Source: Caldivirga maquilingensis IC-167 (GTDB lineage: Archaea > Thermoproteota > Thermoprotei > Thermoproteales > Thermocladiaceae). From it: a stretch of DNA of 32,000 bases. The notes under the pieces were generated by a model that worked only from the letters and a program-made list of their open reading frames with translations, searched no databases and was not told where the DNA came from. Where the stretch lies: contig NC_009954.1 of assembly GCF_000018305.1 (NCBI RefSeq), positions 1,170,001 through 1,202,000 of the forward strand, read 5' to 3'. The position numbers and the translations under genes are program-made. Shown here piece by piece: positions 9,194 through 18,094 of the stretch (its first letter is position 1; each line of letters opens with the position of its first letter).

Positions 9194-9215
9194 GGTAAAG
9201 TAACCCACAGTCCCC

Positions 9216-10568
9216 ATGACTAGGAAAGTAGTCATAATAGGTGCCGGTGCCGCGGGTGCATCGGCGGCTGCTAGGGCTAGGAGACTTGACCCTGAGGCTG
9301 AGGTTACCCTTATTGATAAGGGGCCATTAATCAGTCACGCACCCTGTGGAATACCATACTACATAGGTGGTGTTGTTAAGGATGCTGGTGAATTAGCCGT
9401 ATATAGCCCGGAGGAATTCGCCAGGGAGAGGAGGATTAATGTTAGGGTTAACGCTGAGGCCATTGATGTTGATTCAAGTAACCGCATAGTGCTTGTTAAG
9501 GAGGGTAATAGTGTTGTTAAGTATGAGTGGGATGTCTTAATATTAGCCACTGGGGCTAAGCCAATAGTACCATCAATTGAGGGAAATGACTTGAGGGGTG
9601 TGTTGACGCTTAGGCTCCCCCATGAGGCAGGTAGGCTTAGGGAGGAGGCGTTGAGGGCTGATAAAGTGGCTGTAATTGGGGGTGGTTACATAGGCCTTGA
9701 ACTGGCTGAGGCCTTAAGGGCATTGGGTAAGAGGGTGATGCTCTTTGAAATGATGCCTCACGTCCTACCCTCAACCCTAGACGAGGACTTAGCTAAGCTA
9801 ATACATGATGAGTTAATTAAGAATAACGTGGAACTACACTTAAGCGAGAAGGTTGTAGGGTTCCGTGGTGTTAATGGGGAGGTTAAGAGTGTTATAACTG
9901 ATAAGGGTGAGTATAATGTTGATAAAGTATTCATGGGGGTGGGGGTTAGACCTGACGTGGACTTAGCCTTAAAGGCTGGTGTTAAGCTTGGTGAAACTGG
10001 TGCAGTTTACGTTAATGAGTACATGGAGACCAGTGTACCGGGTATTTACGCTGCGGGTGATGTGGCTGAGACGTGGAGTATGGTGACGGGGAGGAGGATG
10101 TATGTTGCCCTTGCCCCACCAGCCAATAAAATGGGTCAGGTGGCGGGTGCTAACGCGGTTAAGGGTAGGTTCCTAAAGTTCCCGGGGGTGCTTGGTACTG
10201 CGATAACTAAGGTGTTTAACCTATACGTGGCTAGGACAGGCTTAACGGAGAGGCAGGCTAGGGAATGGGGATTTAAACCATACTCAGCCACCGTTAAGGT
10301 TAAGACAACAGCCCACTACTACCCCGGGGGTGGTGTTGCCACAATAAGGCTTACAGCAGATGAGGATACTGGTAGGGTTATTGGAGCGCAGGTGATTGGT
10401 AATGATAGGCTCATTGCAGGTTACATTGATACTGCAGCAGCCTTAATAGGTAAGGGGGCTACTGTTGATGACTTCTTCTTCGCCGACTTATCCTACTCAC
10501 CGCCAACTGCACCTGTGTGGCATGGTTTAATAGTGGCTGCTAGGGTTCTCTCAAGGGGTAAGTATTAG
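9216..10568 (+). CDS. FAD-dependent pyridine nucleotide-disulfide oxidoreductase, NADH oxidase / CoA-disulfide reductase family
   Basis: FAD-binding GxGxxG (IIGAGAAGASAA), a single redox Cys in SHAPCGIPYY typical of Nox/CoADR, a second dinucleotide fold VIGGGYIGLE, and AAGD are present. Confidence 0.9.
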   Translation: MTRKVVIIGAGAAGASAAARARRLDPEAEVTLIDKGPLISHAPCGIPYYIGGVVKDAGELAVYSPEEFARERRINVRVNAEAIDVDSSNRIVLVKEGNSVVKYEWDVLILATGAKPIVPSIEGNDLRGVLTLRLPHEAGRLREEALRADKVAVIGGGYIGLELAEALRALGKRVMLFEMMPHVLPSTLDEDLAKLIHDELIKNNVELHLSEKVVGFRGVNGEVKSVITDKGEYNVDKVFMGVGVRPDVDLALKAGVKLGETGAVYVNEYMETSVPGIYAAGDVAETWSMVTGRRMYVALAPPANKMGQVAGANAVKGRFLKFPGVLGTAITKVFNLYVARTGLTERQAREWGFKPYSATVKVKTTAHYYPGGGVATIRLTADEDTGRVIGAQVIGNDRLIAGYIDTAAALIGKGATVDDFFFADLSYSPPTAPVWHGLIVAARVLSRGKY

Positions 10569-10580
10569 ATTCATGATCAA

Positions 10581-10630
10581 GGGGGTGTCAGGTGGGTAGC
10601 CGCCTTAAGTGACCCACCATCACACGCCCC
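10581..10630 (-). ncRNA. 50-nt hairpin that forms a consensus K-turn (C/D-like) only when read on the minus strand
   Basis: The minus-strand RNA reads GGGGCG-UGU-GA-U-GGUGGGU-(14 nt loop)-ACCCACC-U-GA-CACCCC. It has a canonical stem, a 3-nt bulge, tandem G.A/A.G pairs, a U.U pair and a 7-bp stem. It lies 43 nt downstream of the lig stop and 13 nt downstream of the convergent nox-like stop. Confidence 0.3.
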
Positions 10631-10672
10631 GAATTTAAATCCAGTGCATTGGGTTTTAATAGCTAACTCAAT

Positions 10673-12484
10673 TCAAGGCACTTGATCAGTTAACTTAACC
10701 TTCTTCTGATTACTGTACATTTCAAATATCTCCTTAACCGTTGTTGCATCCTCCGGCCTCTTATCAGTCCTATACCTACCTGTGAACCTTGGGAACCTTA
10801 TAGCCAACCCCACGTCACCCTTAAGCATGACGGAGCAACAAGTGTGGAGTGGGGACATGGTTATCTCCGCGCCGGTTATCTCCAGCACTAGGCCTGGTGT
10901 GAACCATATGTCCGGCTCCATTTTCGAAACAACCCTGGGGTGTCTATGCGGTATTTTATATGGTTCAAGCATTTGAGGCAGCTTCTTTAGATCCTCATCA
11001 GTGAAGCCGCTCCCAACCTTGCATACTGTGTAGAATTGATCAGAGTCAGGGTCGTATGCGGCTAGGAGGAGTGCACCATAGGTTCCGGCTCTCTTACCGC
11101 GTCCCCAGAATGCCCCAACCACCACTAGATCCATTGTGTCTGATAACTCGCTCTTATAATCCCTCTTATACTTAATCCACAACCAACCCCTAGCCCCCAT
11201 TTCATAGACTGAGCCTAACTTAACTGACTTACACATGACGCCTTCACAACCTGACGATATTGCGTCCAGGAAGAACTTCTCCAGTGAATCCGCATCATCG
11301 GTTATTATCCAGTCGGCGTGGTGAACATGCTCATGTGGCTTAATTATTGAGAACAGTACCTTCTTCCTATCGGGTAGAGGTAGGTCTGTTAAGTCCTGTC
11401 CATTAACGTACATTACGTCGAATAAGTATAGGTTAATGGGGTACTCCTCAATAGCCTCCTTAATATTATGCTTCCTCTTCCTATGCATTAATTCCTGAAA
11501 CGGCTTAAACTCCCCTGTATCCGGGTCAATTGCAACACCCTCACCCTCAACTATGAATTCCTCAGCATCAATTGCCTCACGGGCGTACTCGGCTACATCA
11601 GGGTACTGGTTAGTTATATCCTCCATCCTCCTACTGAATATTTTAACAGTACCATCCTTAAGCTTATGTATCTGCATCCTCTCACCATCATACTTAAACT
11701 CACATATGGCAACCCCACCAAGCTTATTCAAAATCTCCTTAGGGCTACTTAACCTCTCAGCAAGCATAGGCTGTATAGGTACACCAGGCGTAACCTTAAT
11801 CGCCTTAACAGCCTCCTCACCCCCCTCAGCCAGTGTCTTAGCTATCTTACCGAGGTCCGGGTAAACGTGGTAAGCCTTCTCCAGTAAATCCCTATTAACA
11901 TCAAAGGCGTCTGATAAGGCATCTAGAATAGTCATGTCAGCCACCCCCAATCTTAACCTCCCTATGACGAATCTAGTAATGTACTTAGCCTCATCGGGTT
12001 CGGCATCAGTTAATAGACTTGACAGTAACTTAACCTTAGTGTCCTGGGCTCCTTCCCCAGATGCCTTTGCTATGGCCATTAAAGTGTCGTAGACCTTACT
12101 GATCGTTAGCCTCCTCTTAGGTCCAGTGTCAATGAAGTCGAATATAGTGCCACCACCCCCCTTACTCCTCTTAATCTCCGCAGCCCTCTTAGCCACCTCA
12201 CCTGCATCACCAAGCTTCTTATACAATTCCTCAACCTGCCTGATAGGTAAGCCAGTGGCCATGGATATTGCCCTAAGTGTTAGCCTTTCAGCTAAACCAA
12301 GCTCCACACCCTCCCAGTCAGGCCTAAGGCTACCCAGTAGGAAGTATATGACCTTATCAATGACCTGTGGTGGCGTTTTAGCAAGTAGGCTTGAGAGTGC
12401 CTTAGCCATAACAGTCCTCTGCGTTGTAGCCTCCACTAACTTAAGTACGGATACAATATTGGAGAATTCTAAGTCAGATTCCAC
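10673..12484 (-). CDS. lig: ATP-dependent DNA ligase
   Basis: 603 aa with a GTG start. The adenylation motif I is [13 protein letters not shown] (KxDG). The C-terminal OB-fold region is typical of archaeal Lig. Confidence 0.95.
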   Translation of the reverse strand: MESDLEFSNIVSVLKLVEATTQRTVMAKALSSLLAKTPPQVIDKVIYFLLGSLRPDWEGVELGLAERLTLRAISMATGLPIRQVEELYKKLGDAGEVAKRAAEIKRSKGGGGTIFDFIDTGPKRRLTISKVYDTLMAIAKASGEGAQDTKVKLLSSLLTDAEPDEAKYITRFVIGRLRLGVADMTILDALSDAFDVNRDLLEKAYHVYPDLGKIAKTLAEGGEEAVKAIKVTPGVPIQPMLAERLSSPKEILNKLGGVAICEFKYDGERMQIHKLKDGTVKIFSRRMEDITNQYPDVAEYAREAIDAEEFIVEGEGVAIDPDTGEFKPFQELMHRKRKHNIKEAIEEYPINLYLFDVMYVNGQDLTDLPLPDRKKVLFSIIKPHEHVHHADWIITDDADSLEKFFLDAISSGCEGVMCKSVKLGSVYEMGARGWLWIKYKRDYKSELSDTMDLVVVGAFWGRGKRAGTYGALLLAAYDPDSDQFYTVCKVGSGFTDEDLKKLPQMLEPYKIPHRHPRVVSKMEPDIWFTPGLVLEITGAEITMSPLHTCCSVMLKGDVGLAIRFPRFTGRYRTDKRPEDATTVKEIFEMYSNQKKVKLTDQVP

Positions 12485-12636
12485 ATCACTCTAAGCGGCC
12501 TAGATATTAATTAACCTTACGTTAGGTTCTGCATCATCATGTGAATAGCCTTATAAGTAAAGCTTATGCGTGATGCTAATTATGAATAGGCTTAGTTACC
12601 TTCTTAACGTTATTCAATTAACCCTTGAGGTGTAGG

Positions 12637-14373
12637 TCACTCGATGGTGAAGTCTTGGAATTCACCCTTATAACTACTCCACTTAATGTTTAATTCCCTC
12701 ACTTCCGCAATATTAATATTCCTCAGCGACTCTATGAACGCCTTAATATTACCCTCCTCCCCCTCAACAATTATGAGGACTGAACCATCCTCATTATTCC
12801 TAGCAAACCCTGTTAATCCAAGGGATTTAGCATTCCTCCTCACTAATGGCCTAAACCCAACCCCCTGAACCTTCCCCGTAACCATTATCTCAGCCCTCGC
12901 AAGCCTCAATGCTGCCTGTCTAGAGACGCCTTGAAGAATATTGGAGGCTATGGTTAGTTTAGTAAGCATAACCTTATCCTTAATATACCTAGTCACGTAG
13001 TCGGGAACTATTAGGGTGCCTTCACCCCTACCCACGACTTCACCTATCACCATTGGCTTTAAGCCAGGTATCTTCCCTAATTCATCTAATACATCATCAA
13101 CCAGTCCACTGGAGACCACTAGTGCCACTGCACCATTTGTGCCAGCGGTGGCGTCTGAAATAATGTAGTTTGATGCAGCGAATTCAGCAACCTCAGGGCT
13201 TATTAAAGGTATGTTACTTAACCTAATCTTAACATTAGCCGTCTCGGCGAGCTCCTTAAAGACAAATATCCCTGGGCCACTAATATCTATTGTTGCGGCA
13301 ACGTGTTCATCATCATTGAATCTCCGCCCAAGTTCAGGTAAGTGATTGTAAATTACCTTAGCAACATCAATGTTCGGTTTAGCCATTTGATTCAAGGCAT
13401 ACTCCTTAATCTCCTCAAGCTCATCAACAGTCATGACCTCCCTCTCAAACTTATCGTATAACTCCTCATCAACGTGAAGAGCAACGTAAGTCCCTATTAT
13501 GCTTAATTCACCGAAGGGCCTAGTTACAATAATCTTAAAACCCTCCTTAACCTCATTATAGAACATCGGTGGCTCCCTATCAAGCCTACTGGCCACCGTG
13601 GAGCCTATTAGTAAGTAACCTAGATTAGGCTGCTCAACATCATGCAGCCTCCCACCTAGCTCATTGACGTAAGCCTTAACCTCATTAAACAATCCATGCT
13701 TATACTCACCTGGTGCATCATACACTGGGTAGAATTCAAGGTCCTTAAAGGCACCCTTTGAGAATAAGTCATTGAGGGCATTATTTAATGCAACTGAGAC
13801 CTGTCTACGGGACGCTATTTCATCCATTGGATCTATGACTTGTATAGTATCATTGTTAACTAGGGTATAGGCATCATCCTTATTCTTAACCTTAATGAAA
13901 TCCAGGACATGAATACTGGCGTTGGGTTGAGTACTCACTATACTATGACCCTTACCTATAACTAACTCCTTATTAACCTTAGCCAGCTCCTTAAATAACC
14001 TTATCATAATGTTAGCGAATGAATCAGGATCGCTGGCGTTGCCTTGAAAAGACTCAACGAGTAGTATTAACGCATCAGGGTTAAAGTCACTAATAGTGTT
14101 AATGGGTAGCTTCGGTGAATCAACACTAGTTATAACCCTCATTAAATCTAATTCACTACCCCTGAGGACTGCCACATCCTCGCGTGGAGCTATTTTAATA
14201 TGTAATTCACCCAGTTCCCTCTTCACAATGGATAAAGCTGGGTAGAGCACGTTATAGAGGTCAACCTTAACGGAGCATCCCAATGCAAGTGAAGTTAAGT
14301 TAACCCCTATGGAGGCGTACTTACTAACATGCTTCAGGAATCTGCTCATTCTCTCTTCTTTACTTACCTTCAT
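12637..14373 (-). CDS. SelD/PurM-superfamily (selenophosphate-synthetase-like) protein with a large insertion and a C-terminal acylphosphatase domain
   Basis: SelD-like landmarks appear in order: N-terminal LALGCSVKV (the Cys-x-x-Lys loop), DVAVLRG...ITSVD, ALNNALNDLFSKGA, IIVTRPFGEL, ISGPGIFVFKEL and TNGAVALVV. The last ~90 aa (VTGKVQGVGFRPLVRRNAKSLGLTGFARNNEDGSVLIIVEG) carry the acylphosphatase signature. ATG 14373 sits behind a TATA box and is preferred; the track start at 14421 remains possible. Confidence 0.8.
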   Translation of the reverse strand: MKVSKEERMSRFLKHVSKYASIGVNLTSLALGCSVKVDLYNVLYPALSIVKRELGELHIKIAPREDVAVLRGSELDLMRVITSVDSPKLPINTISDFNPDALILLVESFQGNASDPDSFANIMIRLFKELAKVNKELVIGKGHSIVSTQPNASIHVLDFIKVKNKDDAYTLVNNDTIQVIDPMDEIASRRQVSVALNNALNDLFSKGAFKDLEFYPVYDAPGEYKHGLFNEVKAYVNELGGRLHDVEQPNLGYLLIGSTVASRLDREPPMFYNEVKEGFKIIVTRPFGELSIIGTYVALHVDEELYDKFEREVMTVDELEEIKEYALNQMAKPNIDVAKVIYNHLPELGRRFNDDEHVAATIDISGPGIFVFKELAETANVKIRLSNIPLISPEVAEFAASNYIISDATAGTNGAVALVVSSGLVDDVLDELGKIPGLKPMVIGEVVGRGEGTLIVPDYVTRYIKDKVMLTKLTIASNILQGVSRQAALRLARAEIMVTGKVQGVGFRPLVRRNAKSLGLTGFARNNEDGSVLIIVEGEEGNIKAFIESLRNINIAEVRELNIKWSSYKGEFQDFTIE

Positions 14374-14395
14374 CAATACCGCATTTCCTGTATTG

Positions 14396-14403
14396 AATTT
14401 AAA
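14396..14403 (-). promoter_or_regulatory. TATA-like box (TTTAAATT on the minus strand) for the SelD-like gene
   Basis: Centred about 26 nt upstream of ATG 14373. Confidence 0.4.
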
Positions 14404-14441
14404 GGAATGATCATTATGCATTTTATGCCTAGGTATTTCAC

Positions 14442-14451
14442 ATCTAAAAAG
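14442..14451 (+). promoter_or_regulatory. TATA-like box (ATCTAAAAAG) for the TusA-like gene
   Basis: Centred about 25 nt upstream of ATG 14472, and about 45 bp from the divergent TATA. Confidence 0.4.
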
Positions 14452-14471
14452 AAGCTTAAGTAGTCTCCATT

Positions 14472-14702
14472 ATGAGTACCCAGTATGAGATAAATGTTAG
14501 TGGTATGAGCTGCCCAACACCGTTAAACGTGGTGGCGAGGGAATTGGTTAAGGTGCCTATTGGGTCAAGGTTCGTGATAAAGACTGATGACTACGTTTGC
14601 TATATGATGCTTCTAAGGTTCTTGAAAATACTAGGGGAGTCCGTGGAGAATAATATTGAGCAAGGTAACTCCTACATAATTATTGGGGTCAGGAATACTT
14701 AA
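14472..14702 (+). CDS. TusA/SirA-like sulfur-carrier protein (CPxP motif)
   Basis: 76 aa. The N-terminal VSGMSCPTPL matches the TusA-family G-x-x-CPxP active-site motif, and the size fits the family. Confidence 0.8.
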   Translation: MSTQYEINVSGMSCPTPLNVVARELVKVPIGSRFVIKTDDYVCYMMLLRFLKILGESVENNIEQGNSYIIIGVRNT

Positions 14703-14775
14703 GTGGGGTTAAAAGCAAGCGTATCATTAATTTAACGACAGCATATTTTTAACTGCACGGCTTAGTCTAGAGGTT

Positions 14776-15585
14776 ATGATTAGGCTTAGGGAAGGTAACT
14801 CCGAGGCCATTATTTATGAAAGGGGGGCTTACCTATACTCATGGAGTATTGGGGGAAGGGATATTATCCTGAAGGGTAATCTTGATGCACCAACCAGGGG
14901 AGGTATGGCTATATTAATACCATACGCCAATAGAGTAAAGGGGGCTGAGTACGTGTTTAATGGCGTTAAGTACACGTTGCCTATTAAGTGGTGGCCACCT
15001 AGGGAGGATAATGCAATTCACGGCCTAGTCCTTGATAAGGACTTCATAGTGAAGGAGTCAACAGTCAACTCAGTGCTGCTTAACTACGTGCTTAGGCATA
15101 GTGGGTACCCGACAATACTAGATATCTTGGTTAAATATGAACTCAGTGGTGATGCATTAAAGGTTAGCTTCACCATAAGTAATATTGGGCCCTCAGAAGC
15201 ACCACTCACAGTTGGCGCCCACCCCTACTTCCTAGTATCCAGTGACTGGAATATTAGGACTGGTGGCGAATCATATCAATGCGAGGCAGTGGATAAAATA
15301 CCCACAGGTAGGTTGATTAGGCGTGAATTAAGTAGGGGTGATTGGGATGACTGCTTCATTGTTGATGACCCAATTGAATTAACATCATCGTATTCAGGAA
15401 TAGTAATGACTAGGGTTAACATGAAGTACCTCCAAGTCTACACTGGTATCCCCAATGCAGTTGCGGTTGAACCAATGAGTGGTGCACCTGACGCGTACCA
15501 TAATGGAATGGGCCTCATAGTTATTAAACCCAATGAGACTAGGGAATTCTCATTCACGATTAAGGTAACTAGGATTCCTACTTGA
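14776..15585 (+). CDS. Aldose 1-epimerase (galactose mutarotase-like) family protein
   Basis: PYANRV, AIHGL, SGYP and the GAHPYF motif occur in family order. Confidence 0.85.
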   Translation: MIRLREGNSEAIIYERGAYLYSWSIGGRDIILKGNLDAPTRGGMAILIPYANRVKGAEYVFNGVKYTLPIKWWPPREDNAIHGLVLDKDFIVKESTVNSVLLNYVLRHSGYPTILDILVKYELSGDALKVSFTISNIGPSEAPLTVGAHPYFLVSSDWNIRTGGESYQCEAVDKIPTGRLIRRELSRGDWDDCFIVDDPIELTSSYSGIVMTRVNMKYLQVYTGIPNAVAVEPMSGAPDAYHNGMGLIVIKPNETREFSFTIKVTRIPT

Positions 15586-15589
15586 AACG

Positions 15590-15598
15590 TTTTAAATA
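15590..15598 (+). promoter_or_regulatory. TATA-like box (TTTTAAATA) for the Nre-like operon
   Basis: Lies about 30 nt upstream of GTG 15626. Confidence 0.45.
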
Positions 15599-15625
15599 CC
15601 CTCAACTACTATAGTTCAGGTCGCA

Positions 15626-16840
15626 GTGACTGGGATTAGGATAAGGCCTGAATTATGCTTGGCGTGTAAGGGATACAGGAACCTATGTGGATTACCCAAG
15701 TGCCCGCTCCTGGAGAGGAGGATTACGTTAAGTCGAATTGAAAAGTACATTAATGGTAATGTTAATGGGTCCTCACCCCCATCAGTGGTGGTTGGTGAGC
15801 ATGGTTACCCATTAGTAAGGGTTATGATTGGTATACCGCCTAACGTGCATGGTGATGCAGCCTCAAGTTACGATAACCCAAGTGAATGGTGGGGTAGGTT
15901 AAGTTTATTCGATATTATTAGGCTTAGGTCATCCATGGTTGCTGCATCAACCACTGTTAAGGTTAATAACGTTGATAAACTCTATGATAATGAATTAGCA
16001 CCAGCATCAGTATCAGAGCGGCCTGTGGATATGGAGGCTTTACTTAAGGGTAAGTTAACTGGAGTCAGCATTAATGAACTACTAGCCCCCACTCCCCCCT
16101 CAGTTAGGGCGTTGAGTATTAGGATTAATGATAATCCCAAGGTACCTAAGCCCATTGAGAAGTTAATCAACGATGATGCTGAGGCCAATGATGCTGTTTG
16201 GGAGGCCTACAGGGCAGGGATTAGTGTTTACTCATTAATAAGGGCATTATCAGTGGGTATGCTGGGTAGGAGGAGGAATCGAAGACTAGTACCCACTAGG
16301 TGGGCCATTACTGCTGTGGATTCAATCATAGGTAATAGATTGAGGAGTAGAATCAAGTCAATGCCTGAGTTAAGCGAGGATCTACTCTTCTACGGCGAAT
16401 ACCTGGGTAATAGATTCATTATAGTGCTTAGGCCTGGTGCATATAGGGCTAGGTGGATTGAATTATGGTACCCGTCCTCAGCCCTTGTCCTAGGTAATGA
16501 GGCTGCTGTTCACGTTGTTGATGAGGATTATAGGGGTAGGGTTAATGACATGGATGGTGGCTTTTACGCAGCTAGGTTATCTGCATTAGAGTACCTTAGT
16601 AGGATTGGTAAATCAGCTGAAGTAATAATATTTAGGGAGGTTCTTCCAGAGTACTTCGCAACGGTTGGTAATTGGCATATTAGGGAGACTGTTAGGAGGG
16701 CTTTTGAGAAGGGCCCAATTAGTAAGGGTGATGAAGTTTACTCAACATTAGTTAATTTACTTAAAAGCAAGGAAATAGTAAAATACATGCCCAGTAGGCT
16801 TAATCGTATTACAGATTACATGGGTGTTAATAATGGTTAA
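15626..16840 (+). CDS. Nre-family (NreA/NreB-like) putative DNA-repair protein
   Basis: 404 aa with a GTG start. The N-terminal Cys cluster CLACKGYRNLCGLPKCPLL and the overall length match my recollection of the archaeal Nre family (former DUF650/DUF651). No search was run. Confidence 0.65.
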   Translation: MTGIRIRPELCLACKGYRNLCGLPKCPLLERRITLSRIEKYINGNVNGSSPPSVVVGEHGYPLVRVMIGIPPNVHGDAASSYDNPSEWWGRLSLFDIIRLRSSMVAASTTVKVNNVDKLYDNELAPASVSERPVDMEALLKGKLTGVSINELLAPTPPSVRALSIRINDNPKVPKPIEKLINDDAEANDAVWEAYRAGISVYSLIRALSVGMLGRRRNRRLVPTRWAITAVDSIIGNRLRSRIKSMPELSEDLLFYGEYLGNRFIIVLRPGAYRARWIELWYPSSALVLGNEAAVHVVDEDYRGRVNDMDGGFYAARLSALEYLSRIGKSAEVIIFREVLPEYFATVGNWHIRETVRRAFEKGPISKGDEVYSTLVNLLKSKEIVKYMPSRLNRITDYMGVNNG

Positions 16841-17534
16841 GGTGAAGCCAATAACTGAGGTGGAGACACTGATATTCCATAACATACTAGCCATAGTGCT
16901 TCTAGTACTCATGGTGATGCTCTACGACATCCTAGCCAGATACATGTTCAGAGTACCAATAGGTGTGGGTACTTCATTATCAATTCTACTATTCCTCCTA
17001 TTGGTTTCATCAGCAATGGTTCTACTCACCAGGGTCTATGTTAGGGAGAGGATTATAACCTGTAGAAACGCCAACAGCCTAGTAGGCGGTGTTACGGCGT
17101 TACTGTATATTTCAATATACTCAGCCTTAACCTACCAGTCACCCTATGCTATGGCTGCAGCTGTATTAATGGGTATTGTATTAGGCTTCGGAGTATACAT
17201 GACAACCCTGGTTGATGCCTCAATATGCCAAAAGATACCAAGCATTAGTATTAGTTTAATTGATCCTCAGCTTGAGTTTAATAAGGTCATACTGGTGAGG
17301 AATAGGGTTACAGTGGGGAGTGGTAGGGATAGTGATGTAATCCTACCTGTTAAGGCGGCTGACTTATTCATTACAATAATTAACAATAAGGGTAAGGTAA
17401 CTGTTACCGGTAAGGGTCTCATGATTGAGGATAAGGGTAAGCTTAGGAGCATTGATTCAGTGGAGATAGGTGTGGGTGAATCCTACATCATATGGATTAA
17501 CAATGTTAAGGTTAAGTTAACCCGCCTAAGCTAA
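16833..17534 (+). CDS. Membrane protein (4-5 TM) with a degenerate C-terminal FHA-like domain
   Basis: ATG 16833 overlaps the Nre-like stop by 8 nt (ATGGTTAA). The C-terminus VTVGSGRDSDVILP...VEIGVGESYIIW has the FHA G-R...D..L and terminal beta pattern but lacks the SxxH and NG motifs. Confidence 0.55.
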   Translation: MVKVKPITEVETLIFHNILAIVLLVLMVMLYDILARYMFRVPIGVGTSLSILLFLLLVSSAMVLLTRVYVRERIITCRNANSLVGGVTALLYISIYSALTYQSPYAMAAAVLMGIVLGFGVYMTTLVDASICQKIPSISISLIDPQLEFNKVILVRNRVTVGSGRDSDVILPVKAADLFITIINNKGKVTVTGKGLMIEDKGKLRSIDSVEIGVGESYIIWINNVKVKLTRLS

Positions 17535-17583
17535 GCTTAATTTAATAATACTTAAGAGTGTACACTGGGCTAAAAGCATATAA

Positions 17584-18024
17584 ATGCCCACTGGATTAGA
17601 TGCCGCGATGCATAATAATAAGGGTAATGCCACCCTTAACGTTAAGGATCTAGGAGCAGAAACAACCAGCCGTGTTGAGCAGAAGCCGGTGAAAAGGATT
17701 AGAATAACCTTCATAGAATCAACCACTGACTCACTTAAGAACACAGCTGTGGATCTTGACGTAGTGTACTTCGATTCAATAACCATAGGAAGGGCACCGG
17801 ACAACATAGTGGTTATACCTGATATAACGGTTTCAAGGAGGCATGCAGTAATATCCAGGGACTCCAGTGGTTCAATAGTTCTAGTTGACTTAAACAGTAA
17901 GAATGGTACATACGTGTATAATAATGGTGTTTTTGAACGCGTTAATAAGGTTGAATTAAAGGATGGAATAGTGATAAGGCTAGGCATATACACTATAATA
18001 AGGATAAATCTGATTCAGGGATAA
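17584..18024 (+). CDS. FHA domain protein
   Basis: A canonical FHA signature is present: ITIGRAPDNIVVIPDITVSRRHAVI...LVDLNSKNGTYV...LKDGIVIRLG. Confidence 0.85.
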   Translation: MPTGLDAAMHNNKGNATLNVKDLGAETTSRVEQKPVKRIRITFIESTTDSLKNTAVDLDVVYFDSITIGRAPDNIVVIPDITVSRRHAVISRDSSGSIVLVDLNSKNGTYVYNNGVFERVNKVELKDGIVIRLGIYTIIRINLIQG

Positions 18025-18094
18025 GATCCAAGGCACTGTAACTAGTAATTAAGTAATATGCCTCATGATTGAATACGTGTACTAAGTAACCATG

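Noticed and set aside
12474-12543. C/D-box sRNA-like arrangement on the minus strand upstream of lig: a perfect C box AUGAUGA (12534-12540), a C'-like GUGAUGU, and CUGA (12474-12477)
   Set aside because: The spacing is wrong for an archaeal C/D guide RNA. There are 56 nt between the C and D boxes, only 5 nt between C' and D, and no D' box. The CUGA lies within the first codons of lig. This is more likely promoter or 5' sequence.
17526-17993. 155-aa minus-strand ORF opposite the FHA gene. Similar long antisense ORFs lie at 7036-7551, 12126-12494, 23529-23942, 11553-11864, 30064-30414 and 6135-6455.
   Set aside because: Each lies fully inside a gene with strong family signatures on the other strand and has low-complexity Ser/Leu/Thr-rich translations. 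These are shadow ORFs, typical of this codon bias.
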